Shown: positions 51,958 through 63,075, counted from the stretch's first letter. The stretch: 64,000 nt of DNA from Gammaproteobacteria bacterium (GCA_018674175.1 JABHAT010000029.1:57761-121760), one strand, 5' to 3'. The notes: a model not told the origin generated them from the letters alone. Numbers and translations are program-made.

Positions 51958-52874
51958 TATTAGTTACAGGAGCAGCAGGATTTATTGGTTATAATATTGC
52001 AAAGCGATTAAATTTAATGGGAATAAAGAATTTAATATTATTAGATGATAAAGAAAAATTTCCTGAGCCAAAAAAATTCTCAAGTTTAGAGTATATTGAT
52101 TATAGGCATTACACAGACTTGGTAAACCTTAAGGGTATAAAGTGTATTTTCCATGAAGGAGCATGCTCTGACACTATGGAATATGATAAAAATTATATGA
52201 TGGATATTAATTATGAATACTCAAAAGAAATATTTTCACTTGCCAAATTAAACAAATCAAAATTCATATATGCATCAAGTGCTGCTGTATATGGCTTGAA
52301 TGAAAGCTCAAGTGAAATACCAGAAAATGAATCACCACTGAACATTTATGCGGAATCAAAATTATTATTTGATAAATATATCATGAGCCAAGAATACCCA
52401 GCAGTAGGCTTGAGATATTTTAATGTATATGGAAAAGGCGAAGAGGATAAAGGCAAAATGGCTTCTATGGCTTATAAAATGAATCATGAGTATTTAGAGT
52501 CTAAAAGAATTTCACTTTTTAAGGGCACGGGTAGATATGGTGATGGAGAGCAAAAAAGAGATTTTATTTATATAGATGACGTTGTATCAATAAATATGTT
52601 CTTTATGGAAGAATCATTGCATGATATTTATAATGTTGGCACAGGAAATGCTGAGCCTTTTAACGAAATAGCAAATAATATTTTTAAATATTACAAAGAT
52701 GAAGATCGTAATTTTAATTATATAGAAATGCCAGAAAATCTCGTACCAAAATATCAAAATTTTACAGAGGCAAATATTTTAAAACTAAAATCAGCAGGCT
52801 ATAGTTATGATTTTTTTAGTCTTGAGGAAGGAATTAAAAACTATTTGAACGATTTAAATACGTCGTCTGCCTGA
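51954..52874 (+). CDS. hldD: ADP-L-glycero-D-manno-heptose 6-epimerase
   Basis: VTGAAGFIG, FHEGACS.T, YASSAA.YG, RYFNVYG..E..KG.MAS, KYQ.FT.A. Confidence 0.95.
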   Translation: MILVTGAAGFIGYNIAKRLNLMGIKNLILLDDKEKFPEPKKFSSLEYIDYRHYTDLVNLKGIKCIFHEGACSDTMEYDKNYMMDINYEYSKEIFSLAKLNKSKFIYASSAAVYGLNESSSEIPENESPLNIYAESKLLFDKYIMSQEYPAVGLRYFNVYGKGEEDKGKMASMAYKMNHEYLESKRISLFKGTGRYGDGEQKRDFIYIDDVVSINMFFMEESLHDIYNVGTGNAEPFNEIANNIFKYYKDEDRNFNYIEMPENLVPKYQNFTEANILKLKSAGYSYDFFSLEEGIKNYLNDLNTSSA

Positions 52875-53830
52875 ATTTCTGCTAAACAATTATAGTGACC
52901 ATACTTACATATTTTTTCAAAACAGGGACTACATGGTAAATCTTTGTAATGTATTTGTTTGTTGCTAGTTAACGGTGGCGTTAATTCAGGTGATGTTGCG
53001 CCATATATAGATATTGATTTAGTATTTGTAGCTGAAGCTAAGTGCATTAATCCTGAATCATTGGAAATACAAAACTCAGAAACATGCATCAAGTCGACTG
53101 CGTCTGTAATTGAGGTTTCGCCACATAAGTTAATAATATTTTTATTGGTAACAATCTGATCACCAATTTTTTTTTCGCTTTTACTTCCTAGTATTAGAAT
53201 AAAAAAATCTTTATTTAACTTTTCTCCAAGTTCTTTAAATTTTTCTACAGGCCACATTTTGGATGGGCCAAATGCAGCTCCTGGAGCAAAAATAATTATT
53301 TTTTTCTTTAAATCTAGTTTATATTTATCAGATAGTATTTTAATGTTTTTAGGGTCTGATTTTAGAGATGGGTAATATTTTTCATCTAACGCTTTTTCTT
53401 TTTTTGTAAACATAGAGACATATCTGAATGCAGTTTTTCTTCTATCTTCTTTAGTGAATTTTCTAAGATCGTTAATCAAAACATATCGTGATTCACCTAA
53501 TTCACCAGTTCTAATAGGTATTCTTGCTAGGTATGGTATTAAGGCAGACTTTATTGATCTTGATAAAACTATGCTTTGATCATAAGATCCTTTTATTTTT
53601 TTTGCTAGATTAAGTCTTTTAAATATCCCAAGTTCTTTGTGCCCACAATCCAATATTATCGCTTTATTAATTTCTGGCATTCTTTCAACTAAACTTTTAA
53701 ATGTTGAGTTTACCAATATATCTATTTTTGTATCGGGATTTTCTAATTTTACTCTTTTAAGTAGTGTTTGCGACATTACGATATCGCCAAGCCAATTTTG
53801 CGGAATAATTAGTAGTTTTTGCATATGCAT
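52841..53830 (-). CDS. waaF: LPS heptosyltransferase II
   Basis: P.WLGD.VMSQ, RMPE, PGA.FGP.K.WP, SNDSGLMH.A, YG.TSP..TPPL, CSPCF...C.YGH..C. Confidence 0.93.
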   Translation of the reverse strand: MHMQKLLIIPQNWLGDIVMSQTLLKRVKLENPDTKIDILVNSTFKSLVERMPEINKAIILDCGHKELGIFKRLNLAKKIKGSYDQSIVLSRSIKSALIPYLARIPIRTGELGESRYVLINDLRKFTKEDRRKTAFRYVSMFTKKEKALDEKYYPSLKSDPKNIKILSDKYKLDLKKKIIIFAPGAAFGPSKMWPVEKFKELGEKLNKDFFILILGSKSEKKIGDQIVTNKNIINLCGETSITDAVDLMHVSEFCISNDSGLMHLASATNTKSISIYGATSPELTPPLTSNKQIHYKDLPCSPCFEKICKYGHYNCLAEIQADDVFKSFK

Positions 53831-53842
53831 TAGCTTTTAATT

Positions 53843-55321
53843 TTATGATTTATTTTTTTTTGTAATAATATTTGTTGTTGAGTAACCTTTTATAAAAGGA
53901 ATTATTTTTACTGAACCGTTATTTTTTTTAATATAATCACTTCCTATAATTTGATTAATTTTGTAATCACCACCCTTCATAAGAATATTTGGTTTAATTT
54001 CTTTAATAAGTTTTATTGGGGTTGGTTCGCTAAATTTTATAATAAATGCATCATCTAGAGTTATTCTTCGTAGCATTTCCATCCTATCTTTTATATTATT
54101 AATTGGCCTATTTGGTCCTTTTAGCTTTTTCACAGAAGAATCGTCATTTACACCAATAAATAAAAAGTCTACAGAATCTTTAGCGCTATCCAAATACTTT
54201 GTATGTCCACGATGTAATATATCGAAACACCCATTTGTAAATCCAATGCTAAATCCAAGGTACCTTATAATATCTAAAACCTTTTTCAAATTAGCTTTAC
54301 TTTTTATAATTCTGTCAAAATCGTCCAATTCATCTAGCTTTTTAAAGTATTCTTTTTCTGTATCACTTTCTAAATTCGTATCTTTATATACAATTGATGT
54401 TAGCTCTTCAGCATTAATTGACTGAGCACCTAATTTTTTTATTACCTCACCTGCTGCAATATTTGCAACAACAGATGCAAAATGCAGATCATCTTCTGCA
54501 GAAGACAAGTATGCAGCACAAAGAACAGCTATCACTGTGTCGCCAGCACCTGTTACATCAAACACTTCATTTACTGAGGTCGCTTTGATATGTTCTGGTT
54601 TCTTGCCTTTTCTAATTAAAATCATGCCGTCAGAACCTAGGGTTACTAATATAGAGTGGATACCTAATTTGGTAGACAATTTCTTTGCTTTACTTATAAT
54701 TTCGTCATGGTCTTTACAGGAGCCAACAATATTTTCAAATTCTTTTAAATTGGGTGTTATAGCAAATGCATTTCTATAAATATTAAAATTATTTCCTTTA
54801 GGATCAATGAAAACAGGTTTCTTATGTTTATTAGCTATTTTTATTAATTCAGTAACATTCTTTAAAGACCCTTTATTGTAATCTGAAAAAATTACAGCAT
54901 CAGAGTTTTTAATTAACTTTTCTATACTTATGGAAATATTTTTCTTAATATTTTTCTTAATATCAATTTCATTATCTATTCTCATCAACTGTTGATTCTG
55001 ACTTATAATTCTTGTTTTTGTAGTTGTTATATAGTTTTTATCTGATTTAGAAATAAGATTTATATTTAGAGATTTAATAATTTTACGCAGAACTTTTCCA
55101 TTATTATCGATTCCTATATTAGCTACAAGACTTGCATTCAAACCAAGAGAACTAATATTTGCAGCAACATTGGCTGCACCCCCAGGTTTCATTATATCTT
55201 TTTCAATCTTTAAGACAGGGACTGGAGCTTCTGGAGATATACGATTTGTAGATCCAAAAATATATTTATCTAGTATTGCATCGCCAATCACTAAGATTCT
55301 AGATTGTTTAAATAGACTCAT
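53843..55321 (-). CDS. hldE: Bifunctional heptose 7-phosphate kinase / heptose 1-phosphate adenylyltransferase
   Basis: RISPEAPVPV, GGAANVA, DVTGAGDT, FTNGCFDILH.GH, KGGDY, STT.II. Confidence 0.95.
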   Translation of the reverse strand: MSLFKQSRILVIGDAILDKYIFGSTNRISPEAPVPVLKIEKDIMKPGGAANVAANISSLGLNASLVANIGIDNNGKVLRKIIKSLNINLISKSDKNYITTTKTRIISQNQQLMRIDNEIDIKKNIKKNISISIEKLIKNSDAVIFSDYNKGSLKNVTELIKIANKHKKPVFIDPKGNNFNIYRNAFAITPNLKEFENIVGSCKDHDEIISKAKKLSTKLGIHSILVTLGSDGMILIRKGKKPEHIKATSVNEVFDVTGAGDTVIAVLCAAYLSSAEDDLHFASVVANIAAGEVIKKLGAQSINAEELTSIVYKDTNLESDTEKEYFKKLDELDDFDRIIKSKANLKKVLDIIRYLGFSIGFTNGCFDILHRGHTKYLDSAKDSVDFLFIGVNDDSSVKKLKGPNRPINNIKDRMEMLRRITLDDAFIIKFSEPTPIKLIKEIKPNILMKGGDYKINQIIGSDYIKKNNGSVKIIPFIKGYSTTNIITKKNKS

Positions 55322-56133
55322 GATTTTTTATATCCATTTTTTACGTATGTTAAATTTTCTATAATTGCTTTTTTAAGTAGTTTATCATTCTTGGAAAAGT
55401 TTTCTCTACTATTAATTTTATGCTTTAAATGTACTAGGCCAGTGGAAAATATTGCTTCTTTTCTATAAATATAATTATTGATTAATCTTACAACCAAATC
55501 TGAGTCTTCTCTTCCCCATCCAATATAGGATTCGTCAAAACCATTGATATTCTCAAAATCTTTTTTCCATAACGCTAGATTACAGGTTTTAGCGCCTTCC
55601 CATTTTCGTTTTTTTAATTTCCTAAAAGGATAATTTGTAAATCTTAAAATTGGAAAAATTCTATTTATATCTCTCTGAATTCTTAATTTAATAATATTTT
55701 TAAAGTTTATCAGATTGATATTTGTATTTTCATTTATTAATTTTTGTGAAAATTTTTCTGACAACATAGCTCTGTTACCTCTAGCAAAAAAACCTTTTTC
55801 TGCAATTTTTCTATGATTACCAATGAAATCATCAAATACAATGCAATCTCCATCTATAAATATTAAATACTCACCGGATGATAGTTTTGCAGCCTCATTT
55901 CTAATTTTAGCAGCACGAAAGCCCTCATCATTATGCCAAGCATGGGAAATTTTTATTTTTGAATTCTTGTATTGGCTTATTATTTTTTTTGTATCTTGCG
56001 TAGATCCATCGTCACCTACGATTAATTCAAAATCTTTATCTTTTTGAAATAGAAATGAGTTTATGCATTTTTTTAGAAAATCAGGGCTATTATATGTTGT
56101 AATAATTACTGAAATTAGCATTTTCTTACTCAA
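55318..56133 (-). CDS. Glycosyltransferase family 2
   Basis: SVIITTYN, DDGS, GFRAA..RN, FIDGDC, NGFDE...GWG.EDSDL. Confidence 0.9.
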   Translation of the reverse strand: MSKKMLISVIITTYNSPDFLKKCINSFLFQKDKDFELIVGDDGSTQDTKKIISQYKNSKIKISHAWHNDEGFRAAKIRNEAAKLSSGEYLIFIDGDCIVFDDFIGNHRKIAEKGFFARGNRAMLSEKFSQKLINENTNINLINFKNIIKLRIQRDINRIFPILRFTNYPFRKLKKRKWEGAKTCNLALWKKDFENINGFDESYIGWGREDSDLVVRLINNYIYRKEAIFSTGLVHLKHKINSRENFSKNDKLLKKAIIENLTYVKNGYKKS

Positions 56134-56144
56134 AAATTTGATCT

Positions 56145-56342
56145 TTATGCTGCTTCATCTTCATCTAGTTCATACAAAGTAGAACAATATGGGCATTTAA
56201 TTATATTACTGTCTTTTTTTTCAATGGGTAAAAATATTTTTGGGTGAGATAGTTTTAAATAATTTTCTCTTGGGCAGCTTAAAGGTAGGTCACTTTTTTT
56301 AATAATTATTTTTTTTAACTCTTTATTTTTTTTAACTGACAT
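56145..56342 (-). CDS. Zinc-finger (zf-CHCC) small protein
   Basis: LP.SCP...HPKIFL...CPYC; usual position downstream of ilvE. Confidence 0.85.
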   Translation of the reverse strand: MSVKKNKELKKIIIKKSDLPLSCPRENYLKLSHPKIFLPIEKKDSNIIKCPYCSTLYELDEDEAA

Positions 56343-56347
56343 ATTAT

Positions 56348-57271
56348 TTATTTAATAATTGTTAACCAATTTTTATATTTTTCAGTTCTTCCGTTAACAA
56401 TATCAAAGAATTTTTTTTGTAGTATTTCAGTTATAGGACCTCTCGAACCATTTCCAATAGACCTGTCATCAAGCTCTCTTATAGGAGTAACTTCTGCTGC
56501 AGTTCCTGTGAAAAATGCTTCATCTGATATATATATTTCATCTCTTGTTATATTCTTAACTTTAATTTCTATGCCTTCATCTTCGGCAATTTTCATAACT
56601 GTTCTTCTAGTTATACCATCCAATGCAGAATTTACTTCTGGGGTATAAATAGTTTTATCATTAACAATAAAGATATTTTCGCCACTCCCTTCAGCTACAT
56701 AACCATTAACATCTAATAAAAGTGCTTCATCATATCCACAACTTAATGCCTCTTGTAGAGCAAGCATTGAATTAATATAGTTTCCATTAGCTTTTGCTTT
56801 GCACATTGTCGCATTAACATGATGTCTTGTGTAGGAAGATGTTTTTATTCTTATGCCATTCTCTAGGTTATCATCACTAAAATAAGATCCCCACTCCCAG
56901 GCTGCCACTATCAAATGCTCTTTTAAGTTATCTGCTCTAAGTCCCATACCTTCAGAACCATAAAAACACATTGGTCTTATATACCCTGATTTTAAATTAT
57001 TTTTTTCAACAACGAGTTTTGTAGCATCTTCAATTTCTTTTTGAGAAAAAGGTATTTTCATACCAAGAATCTTTGCTGAATTTATTAGTCTTTTCGTATG
57101 GTCCTCTAGTCTAAAAATTCCTGTACCATCTTTTGTTTCATAAGCTCTTATACCTTCAAAAGCACCCATACCATAATGTAAAGTATGTGTTAAAACATGT
57201 ACCTTTGCTTCTCGCCAAGGAACTAACTCTCCATCGAACCAAATAAAACCATCTCTATCAGACATTGACAT
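56348..57271 (-). CDS. ilvE: Branched-chain amino acid aminotransferase
   Basis: HTLHYG.G.FEG.R, KAKANGNY.NS, EGSGEN.F, GITR, TGTAAE.TP. Confidence 0.97.
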   Translation of the reverse strand: MSMSDRDGFIWFDGELVPWREAKVHVLTHTLHYGMGAFEGIRAYETKDGTGIFRLEDHTKRLINSAKILGMKIPFSQKEIEDATKLVVEKNNLKSGYIRPMCFYGSEGMGLRADNLKEHLIVAAWEWGSYFSDDNLENGIRIKTSSYTRHHVNATMCKAKANGNYINSMLALQEALSCGYDEALLLDVNGYVAEGSGENIFIVNDKTIYTPEVNSALDGITRRTVMKIAEDEGIEIKVKNITRDEIYISDEAFFTGTAAEVTPIRELDDRSIGNGSRGPITEILQKKFFDIVNGRTEKYKNWLTIIK

Positions 57272-57316
57272 AATTAATTACTCCAGATTTTCATAATAGA
57301 TTCATTTGCATATGCA

Positions 57317-57335
57317 AATGAGAAATATTATCATT
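57317..57335. promoter_or_regulatory. Fur box upstream of the Fe(III) ABC operon
   Basis: AATGAGAAA-T-ATTATCATT matches AATGATAAT-n-ATTATCATT at 16/18 positions. Confidence 0.8.
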
Positions 57336-57375
57336 TATCACTTAAACAACCAAAACTATATTAAGGAAAATATAA

Positions 57376-58410
57376 ATGCAAAATACATGTTTTTTTCGTA
57401 ATTATAAAGCTTTGCAAGTAATTTTAGTATTAATATTTACTTTTTCACCTGCAATAAGTAATGCTAGCGAACTAAATGTTTATTCTGGTAGAAAAGCTAA
57501 GTTAATAAAACCACTATTTGATAGATTTCATGCAGAAACTGGGATTAAGGTAAATATTGTAACTGCAAAATCAGATGCATTAATAAAAAGAATAGAGGCA
57601 GAGGGTGAAAGCTCTCCGGCAGATATATTTATAACAGTTGATGCTGGAAGAATAGACAGAGCAAAAAAAATGGGCTTACTTCAAAATATTGATACGACCT
57701 ATATGAACATATCTAAAAATTATATTGATATAGATAAAAAATGGGTTGGTTTATCAAAAAGAATTAGAACGATAATATATTCAAAAAAAAATGTAAGTAA
57801 CAATGAAATAACAAAGTTTGAGGATTTGGGGAAAAATAATTGGAAAGGTAGAATTTGCGTAAGATCTTCAAATAATATTTATAATCAGTCTCTAGTAGCA
57901 TCCTTGATTATAAATCATGGGGAAAAGAAGGCGGAAAAAATTATAAAAAATATTGTCGAAAATTTTGCAAAAAAACCGTCAGGCAATGATAGGGCACAAA
58001 TTACAGCGGTTGCTAAAAATGAATGCGATGTTGCAATAGTAAATCACTATTATTATATAATGATGCTTAACTCAAAAGATGAAGAAAAAAGAAAAATTGC
58101 TAAACAAGTTGATATAAATTTTTTAAACCAAAATGATAGAGGCGCACATGTAAATATAAGTGCTATTGGAATAGCAAAATACTCTAAAAGTGTTGCAAAT
58201 GCACATAAGCTTATTATATTTTTATTAAGTAAGGAGTCTCAAGAATGGTACGCAAAAGTAAATAACGAATACCCTGTTAATGAAAACGCTAGCACCACTG
58301 ATTTACTTGACAGTTGGGGTAAAATTAAATTAGATGATAGCGTGATAAATAAATTAGGTGATTTAAATACTAATGCTGTAAAATTAATGGATAGAGTCGG
58401 TTGGCAATAA
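57376..58410 (+). CDS. fbpA: Fe(III) ABC transporter substrate-binding protein (FbpA/FutA)
   Basis: NVYSGR, EGE.SPAD...TVDAG, R.SNNIYNQSL, GNDR.QI, N.YY, N.EYP. Confidence 0.93.
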   Translation: MQNTCFFRNYKALQVILVLIFTFSPAISNASELNVYSGRKAKLIKPLFDRFHAETGIKVNIVTAKSDALIKRIEAEGESSPADIFITVDAGRIDRAKKMGLLQNIDTTYMNISKNYIDIDKKWVGLSKRIRTIIYSKKNVSNNEITKFEDLGKNNWKGRICVRSSNNIYNQSLVASLIINHGEKKAEKIIKNIVENFAKKPSGNDRAQITAVAKNECDVAIVNHYYYIMMLNSKDEEKRKIAKQVDINFLNQNDRGAHVNISAIGIAKYSKSVANAHKLIIFLLSKESQEWYAKVNNEYPVNENASTTDLLDSWGKIKLDDSVINKLGDLNTNAVKLMDRVGWQ

Positions 58411-58428
58411 ATTATCAGGGGATACTAA

Positions 58429-60000
58429 ATTTTAAATTTAGAAAGATTAGCATTAGTCATTGCATTAATATTTATGGTGCCATTTATTTTTTTGGCTTCA
58501 TCAATTTTTATTCCATTTAATGATAATTGGCATCACATAGCAGAGAATGTTTTACTTGATTATTTTGTAAATTCCCTTTCTTTAGCTATCGGCGTAGGTT
58601 TTTGTACTTTTATTATTGGCACAACAACCGCATGGCTAACATCGGTATATGATTTTCCTTTTAGAAAGATAATATCTTGGCTCTTACTGATGCCATTGGC
58701 TATGCCGGCCTATATTATTGCTATTACTTATGTAGGAATAATAGATAGTACAAGTTTTTTACCAGATATAAGAAATTTATTTGGCGCCATAATTATGATT
58801 TCTTTAGTTCTTTATCCTTATGTTTATATATTAGCTAGAGGTGCTTTTCTTGAGCAGTCAAAAGAACTGCATGAGAATTCTCAAATACTTGGAGCATCTC
58901 AGTTTCAAATATTTTTAAAGGTATCAATACCTATGGCTCGACCAGCAATAATATTAGGGGTAACCTTAGCTGCTATGGAAGCACTGGCAGATTTTGGAAC
59001 TGTGGAATTTCTTGGTGTGCCCACATTTACAACAGGTATTTTTAGAACATGGTTTGGTATGAACGATACTGTAACAGCAACTCAAATGGCAACATTGTTA
59101 CTGAGTATAGTTTTTATTTTCGTATTTATAGAGCAACAATCAAGAAAAAAAGTTCGTTATTCGGAAAATATTAAAACCCAATCAAAATTGAACTATAGAA
59201 TTACATCTAAAAAAAATAATTTTTTTATCGCTGTAATATGTATTTTTCCAATAGCTTTTGGATTTATTATTCCATTTCTTCAATTAATATATTGGTCTAT
59301 TTTCATTTCCAACGAAAGTTGGGATAGTGATTTTTTTAGTATAGTTAATGACACTTTACTTTTAGCATTTTTAGCCTCAATAATTATAACTATTATTTCT
59401 CTTTTAATTACTTATATAAAAAGATTTAGTCCGAAAAGTATAACAAATAAATTCATGCAAATTATTACTTTAGGCTACGCTATACCTGGACCGGTAGTAG
59501 CAATAGCAGTTTTAATACCATTTGCTGCACTTGATAATTATATAAATCAAATATTAGTGGTTAAATTTAATTTTTCACTAGGATTAATTTTTAGTGGTAC
59601 ATTTTTTATTTTAATTTTTGCCTATTGTATAAGATTTTTAACAGTTTCTTCGAGAACTATTAGCTCAGGTTTAGAGTCCATAAGTCTTGCAACAGATGAC
59701 GCAGCAAAATCTCTAGGAGCTAGTACAAAAAACATATTAATCAAAATTCATTTCCCTATGCTCAAAACTTCCTTGCTGACTAGTTTTCTAATAGTATTTA
59801 TCGATGTTATGAAAGAGCTGCCATTAACTTCAATTCTCAGACCTTTTAACTTTAATACTTTATCGGTTAAAGCTTTTGAATTAGCCTCTGATGAAAAAAT
59901 TGCAGATGCTTCCAATGCCGCGATAATGATTGTTCTGGCCGGGATTATTCCTGTTATTTTAATTACAAAAAATATATTAGGAAAAAGAAATAAGGTATAA
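58429..60000 (+). CDS. fbpB: Fe(III) ABC transporter permease (first ATG at 58474; frame open from ATT 58429)
   Basis: PLAMPAYI, YPYVY..AR, MEALADFG, GYAIPG.V, KELP...LRPFNF.TL. Confidence 0.92.
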   Translation: MLNLERLALVIALIFMVPFIFLASSIFIPFNDNWHHIAENVLLDYFVNSLSLAIGVGFCTFIIGTTTAWLTSVYDFPFRKIISWLLLMPLAMPAYIIAITYVGIIDSTSFLPDIRNLFGAIIMISLVLYPYVYILARGAFLEQSKELHENSQILGASQFQIFLKVSIPMARPAIILGVTLAAMEALADFGTVEFLGVPTFTTGIFRTWFGMNDTVTATQMATLLLSIVFIFVFIEQQSRKKVRYSENIKTQSKLNYRITSKKNNFFIAVICIFPIAFGFIIPFLQLIYWSIFISNESWDSDFFSIVNDTLLLAFLASIIITIISLLITYIKRFSPKSITNKFMQIITLGYAIPGPVVAIAVLIPFAALDNYINQILVVKFNFSLGLIFSGTFFILIFAYCIRFLTVSSRTISSGLESISLATDDAAKSLGASTKNILIKIHFPMLKTSLLTSFLIVFIDVMKELPLTSILRPFNFNTLSVKAFELASDEKIADASNAAIMIVLAGIIPVILITKNILGKRNKV

Positions 60001-60001
60001 T

Positions 60002-61066
60002 TTGCTTATGAATAAAAAACTAATCATTTCTGATTTATCACTAGATTTTGGTAAAGATAAAAATAATAGAAAAATACTTTCTAATATTAATTTTGATTTA
60101 GAGGAGTCAGAAATAGGTTGCATATTGGGCCCAAGCGGCTGCGGAAAGACTTCTTTATTAAGAGCTATTGCTGGGTTCGAAAATATAATTTCTGGAACTA
60201 TTTTAAAAGATGGTGTGTGTATATCAAATAGTTTAGAAAATATTTCTGTTCAAAATAGAAAAATGGGAATGGTATTTCAGGATTATGCTTTATTTCCGAA
60301 CATGGATATAAAATCTAATATAGCTTTCGGTCTTAAAGGCATGACAAAAGCAGATAAGGAAGCTAGGGTAAATTATTTATTGAAATTAGTAAATCTTGAC
60401 AAGCATAAGGATAAATATCCTCATGAACTATCAGGTGGGGAACAGCAGCGAGTAGCTCTCATTAGAGCATTAGCTCCGTCTCCAGAAATAATTTTATTAG
60501 ATGAGCCATTCTCGAATATTGATGCAGATATAAAAGAAGATTTAGTAACCGATGTCAGAGTTTTACTAAAAGAATTATCCATTACTTCTATTATTGTTAC
60601 TCATGATCAATATGAGGCATTCAATATAGCTGATAAAGTAGCGATAATGAATAATGGTAAAATTGAACAAATTGGAAATGCATATGATATCTATCATAAA
60701 CCAGTTAATAAATTTGTAGCAGATTTTATTGGACTAGGTGTTTTTGTTCCAATAGTAAAAAATGAGAATGGGATTTTTGAAACTCCTTTGGGTTTACTTG
60801 ACAAAAATAAGTTTCATAAAGATGAAATGAAATATAAAAATTTAGAAATGTTATTGCGACCAGATGATATTATACATAATGACGAAAGTAGTACTAAAGC
60901 AATTGTTATAGAAAAACAATTTAGAGGCGCAGAATTCTTGTATAAATTATTATATAATGATAAATACCCATTACTTTGTTATGCACCAAGTCATCATGAC
61001 CATAGAATAGGTGAATCGATTGGCATAGAATTAGAAATTGAACATTACGTAATATTTGAAAAATAA
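60002..61066 (+). CDS. fbpC: Fe(III) ABC transporter ATP-binding protein
   Basis: [31 protein letters not shown]. Confidence 0.92.
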   Translation: MLMNKKLIISDLSLDFGKDKNNRKILSNINFDLEESEIGCILGPSGCGKTSLLRAIAGFENIISGTILKDGVCISNSLENISVQNRKMGMVFQDYALFPNMDIKSNIAFGLKGMTKADKEARVNYLLKLVNLDKHKDKYPHELSGGEQQRVALIRALAPSPEIILLDEPFSNIDADIKEDLVTDVRVLLKELSITSIIVTHDQYEAFNIADKVAIMNNGKIEQIGNAYDIYHKPVNKFVADFIGLGVFVPIVKNENGIFETPLGLLDKNKFHKDEMKYKNLEMLLRPDDIIHNDESSTKAIVIEKQFRGAEFLYKLLYNDKYPLLCYAPSHHDHRIGESIGIELEIEHYVIFEK

Positions 61067-62751
61067 TGAAAAAAAAGAATACTAAATTTTCAAGCGAAAT
61101 AGTAAAAGGCTTTGATAGAGCCCCAAGTCGAGCAATGCTAAGAGGCGTTGGTTTTAAAGACAAGGACTTTAGCATACCCCAAGTTGGTATTGCATCAACT
61201 TGGAGTGAGGTAACTCCCTGCAACTCGCATATAAATAAATTAGCAGATTCAGTTAGTCAAGGAGCAGAAGCAAGTAATTTGAAGCCAGTTATATTTAATA
61301 CTATTACTATTTCTGATGGTATTTCAATGGGAACAGAAGGTATGAAGTATTCTCTAGTTTCAAGAGAAGTAATAGCAGACTCGATAGAAACTGTTTCAGC
61401 TTGCGAGGGCTTTGATGGTGTAATAGCAATTGGCGGTTGTGATAAAAATATGCCTGGTTGTTTAATAGGTTTAGCTAGATTAAATAGACCCTCTTTATTT
61501 ATATATGGTGGCACGATAATGCCTGGTACTTATAAGAATAAAAAAATTGATATTGTTTCCGTATTTGAGGCAGTAGGCCAATTTGCAAAAAAAGAAATTT
61601 CAAAAAAAGAGTTAAAGAGTATTGAAGAAAATGCAATTCCAGGGCCCGGCTCGTGTGGTGGAATGTATACTGCCAATACAATGGCTTCCGCTGTTGAAGC
61701 TTTGGGTATGAGTCTACCTGGAAGTTCTTCTCAAGCAGCAATATCTAAAGACAAAAAACTAGATTGTATTAATTCTGGTAAGGCGATGAAAAATTTATTA
61801 GAAAAGAATATTACACCAAAAGATATTATGACAAGAAAAGCGTTTATTAATGCCATTACGATTGTAATTACTTTAGGCGGTTCGACAAACGCCGTACTTC
61901 ATTTATTAGCTATGGCAAATGCAATTGGGGTTAAATTGGAACTAGATGATTTTACAAAAATCGGAAAAAAAGTTCCTGTTTTAGGAGACTTAAGACCTAG
62001 TGGTAAATATATGATGTCGGAGTTGGTTGGTATTGGTGGTATTCAGCCATTAATGAAGATACTCTTAGACGCAGGCATGCTTTATGGAGACTGTATAACT
62101 GTTACAGGCAAGACCTTAGCAGAAAATTTGAAGAATGTTAAAAAGTATCCAGCAAAGCAAAAAATAATAAGACCATTAAGTGATCCAATTAAAAAAGATA
62201 GCCATCTCGTAGTTCTTTATGGAAATTTAGCTCCTGCAGGAGCTGTTGCCAAAATTTCTGGCAAGGAAGGTTTAAGGTTTGAGGGTAGAGCTATAGTTTT
62301 TGATTCAGAAGAAATTGCTATGAATTCAATTTTGGATGGAAAAGTTAAAAAAGGACATGTTGTAGTCATAAGATACGAGGGGCCAAAAGGAGGTCCTGGA
62401 ATGAGAGAGATGTTAGGCCCAACAAGTGCAATTATGGGGCAAGGTTTAGGAAAAGATGTGGCTTTAATGACAGACGGAAGATTTTCCGGTGGTAGCCATG
62501 GTTTTGTAATTGGTCATGTTTCTCCTGAAGCCGCAATTAAAGGTCCAATTGCTGTTATTAAGAATGGAGACCGAATAATAATTGATGCTCAAAAACAAAT
62601 AATTGATTTAAAAATCAGTAAAAAAGAAATTAAAGAAAGAATCAAAAAGTTACCGAAATTTAAAACAAAATATAAAAAAGGTGTATTAGCTAAATATGCA
62701 TCTTTAGTTAGCTCTGCATCTAAAGGTGCAGTCACAGATCTTTTTGAGTAA
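61066..62751 (+). CDS. ilvD: Dihydroxy-acid dehydratase
   Basis: [48 protein letters not shown]. Confidence 0.97.
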   Translation: MKKKNTKFSSEIVKGFDRAPSRAMLRGVGFKDKDFSIPQVGIASTWSEVTPCNSHINKLADSVSQGAEASNLKPVIFNTITISDGISMGTEGMKYSLVSREVIADSIETVSACEGFDGVIAIGGCDKNMPGCLIGLARLNRPSLFIYGGTIMPGTYKNKKIDIVSVFEAVGQFAKKEISKKELKSIEENAIPGPGSCGGMYTANTMASAVEALGMSLPGSSSQAAISKDKKLDCINSGKAMKNLLEKNITPKDIMTRKAFINAITIVITLGGSTNAVLHLLAMANAIGVKLELDDFTKIGKKVPVLGDLRPSGKYMMSELVGIGGIQPLMKILLDAGMLYGDCITVTGKTLAENLKNVKKYPAKQKIIRPLSDPIKKDSHLVVLYGNLAPAGAVAKISGKEGLRFEGRAIVFDSEEIAMNSILDGKVKKGHVVVIRYEGPKGGPGMREMLGPTSAIMGQGLGKDVALMTDGRFSGGSHGFVIGHVSPEAAIKGPIAVIKNGDRIIIDAQKQIIDLKISKKEIKERIKKLPKFKTKYKKGVLAKYASLVSSASKGAVTDLFE

Positions 62752-62754
62752 ATA

Positions 62755-63024
62755 CTAAGACGGTCTGATTGTAAACCTTCCAGTTAAAACCCACCTAATT
62801 AATAAATAAGAAGGAAATATTAATAATGCGCTAAGAGCAATTGTACTTTCGCTAAATGGAAGTAATTTGCTATTAAAGCTAAAGAAGGAAGATTCGCCAC
62901 CTATAAGAAGAAAGAAAGACTCACCTTTTAAAAAGTAATAAATTATATTAAAAGGATGTGTTAAAAACAATGTCAAAGTTGTTGCATATAACAATCTATT
63001 TAATCTTTGATAAATATTTTTCAT
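62755..63024 (-). CDS. Hypothetical membrane protein
   Basis: 89-aa ORF with two hydrophobic segments filling the gap; ends IRWVLTG. Confidence 0.55.
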   Translation of the reverse strand: MKNIYQRLNRLLYATTLTLFLTHPFNIIYYFLKGESFFLLIGGESSFFSFNSKLLPFSESTIALSALLIFPSYLLIRWVLTGRFTIRPS

Positions 63025-63075
63025 ATTTTCATCTGTTAAATGTGTCTATTAAATAATATTATTACTTATATCTTT

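Noticed and set aside
53843-55321. Charged insertion between the two HldE domains
   Set aside because: The frame is continuous and both domains are intact; most likely a variable linker
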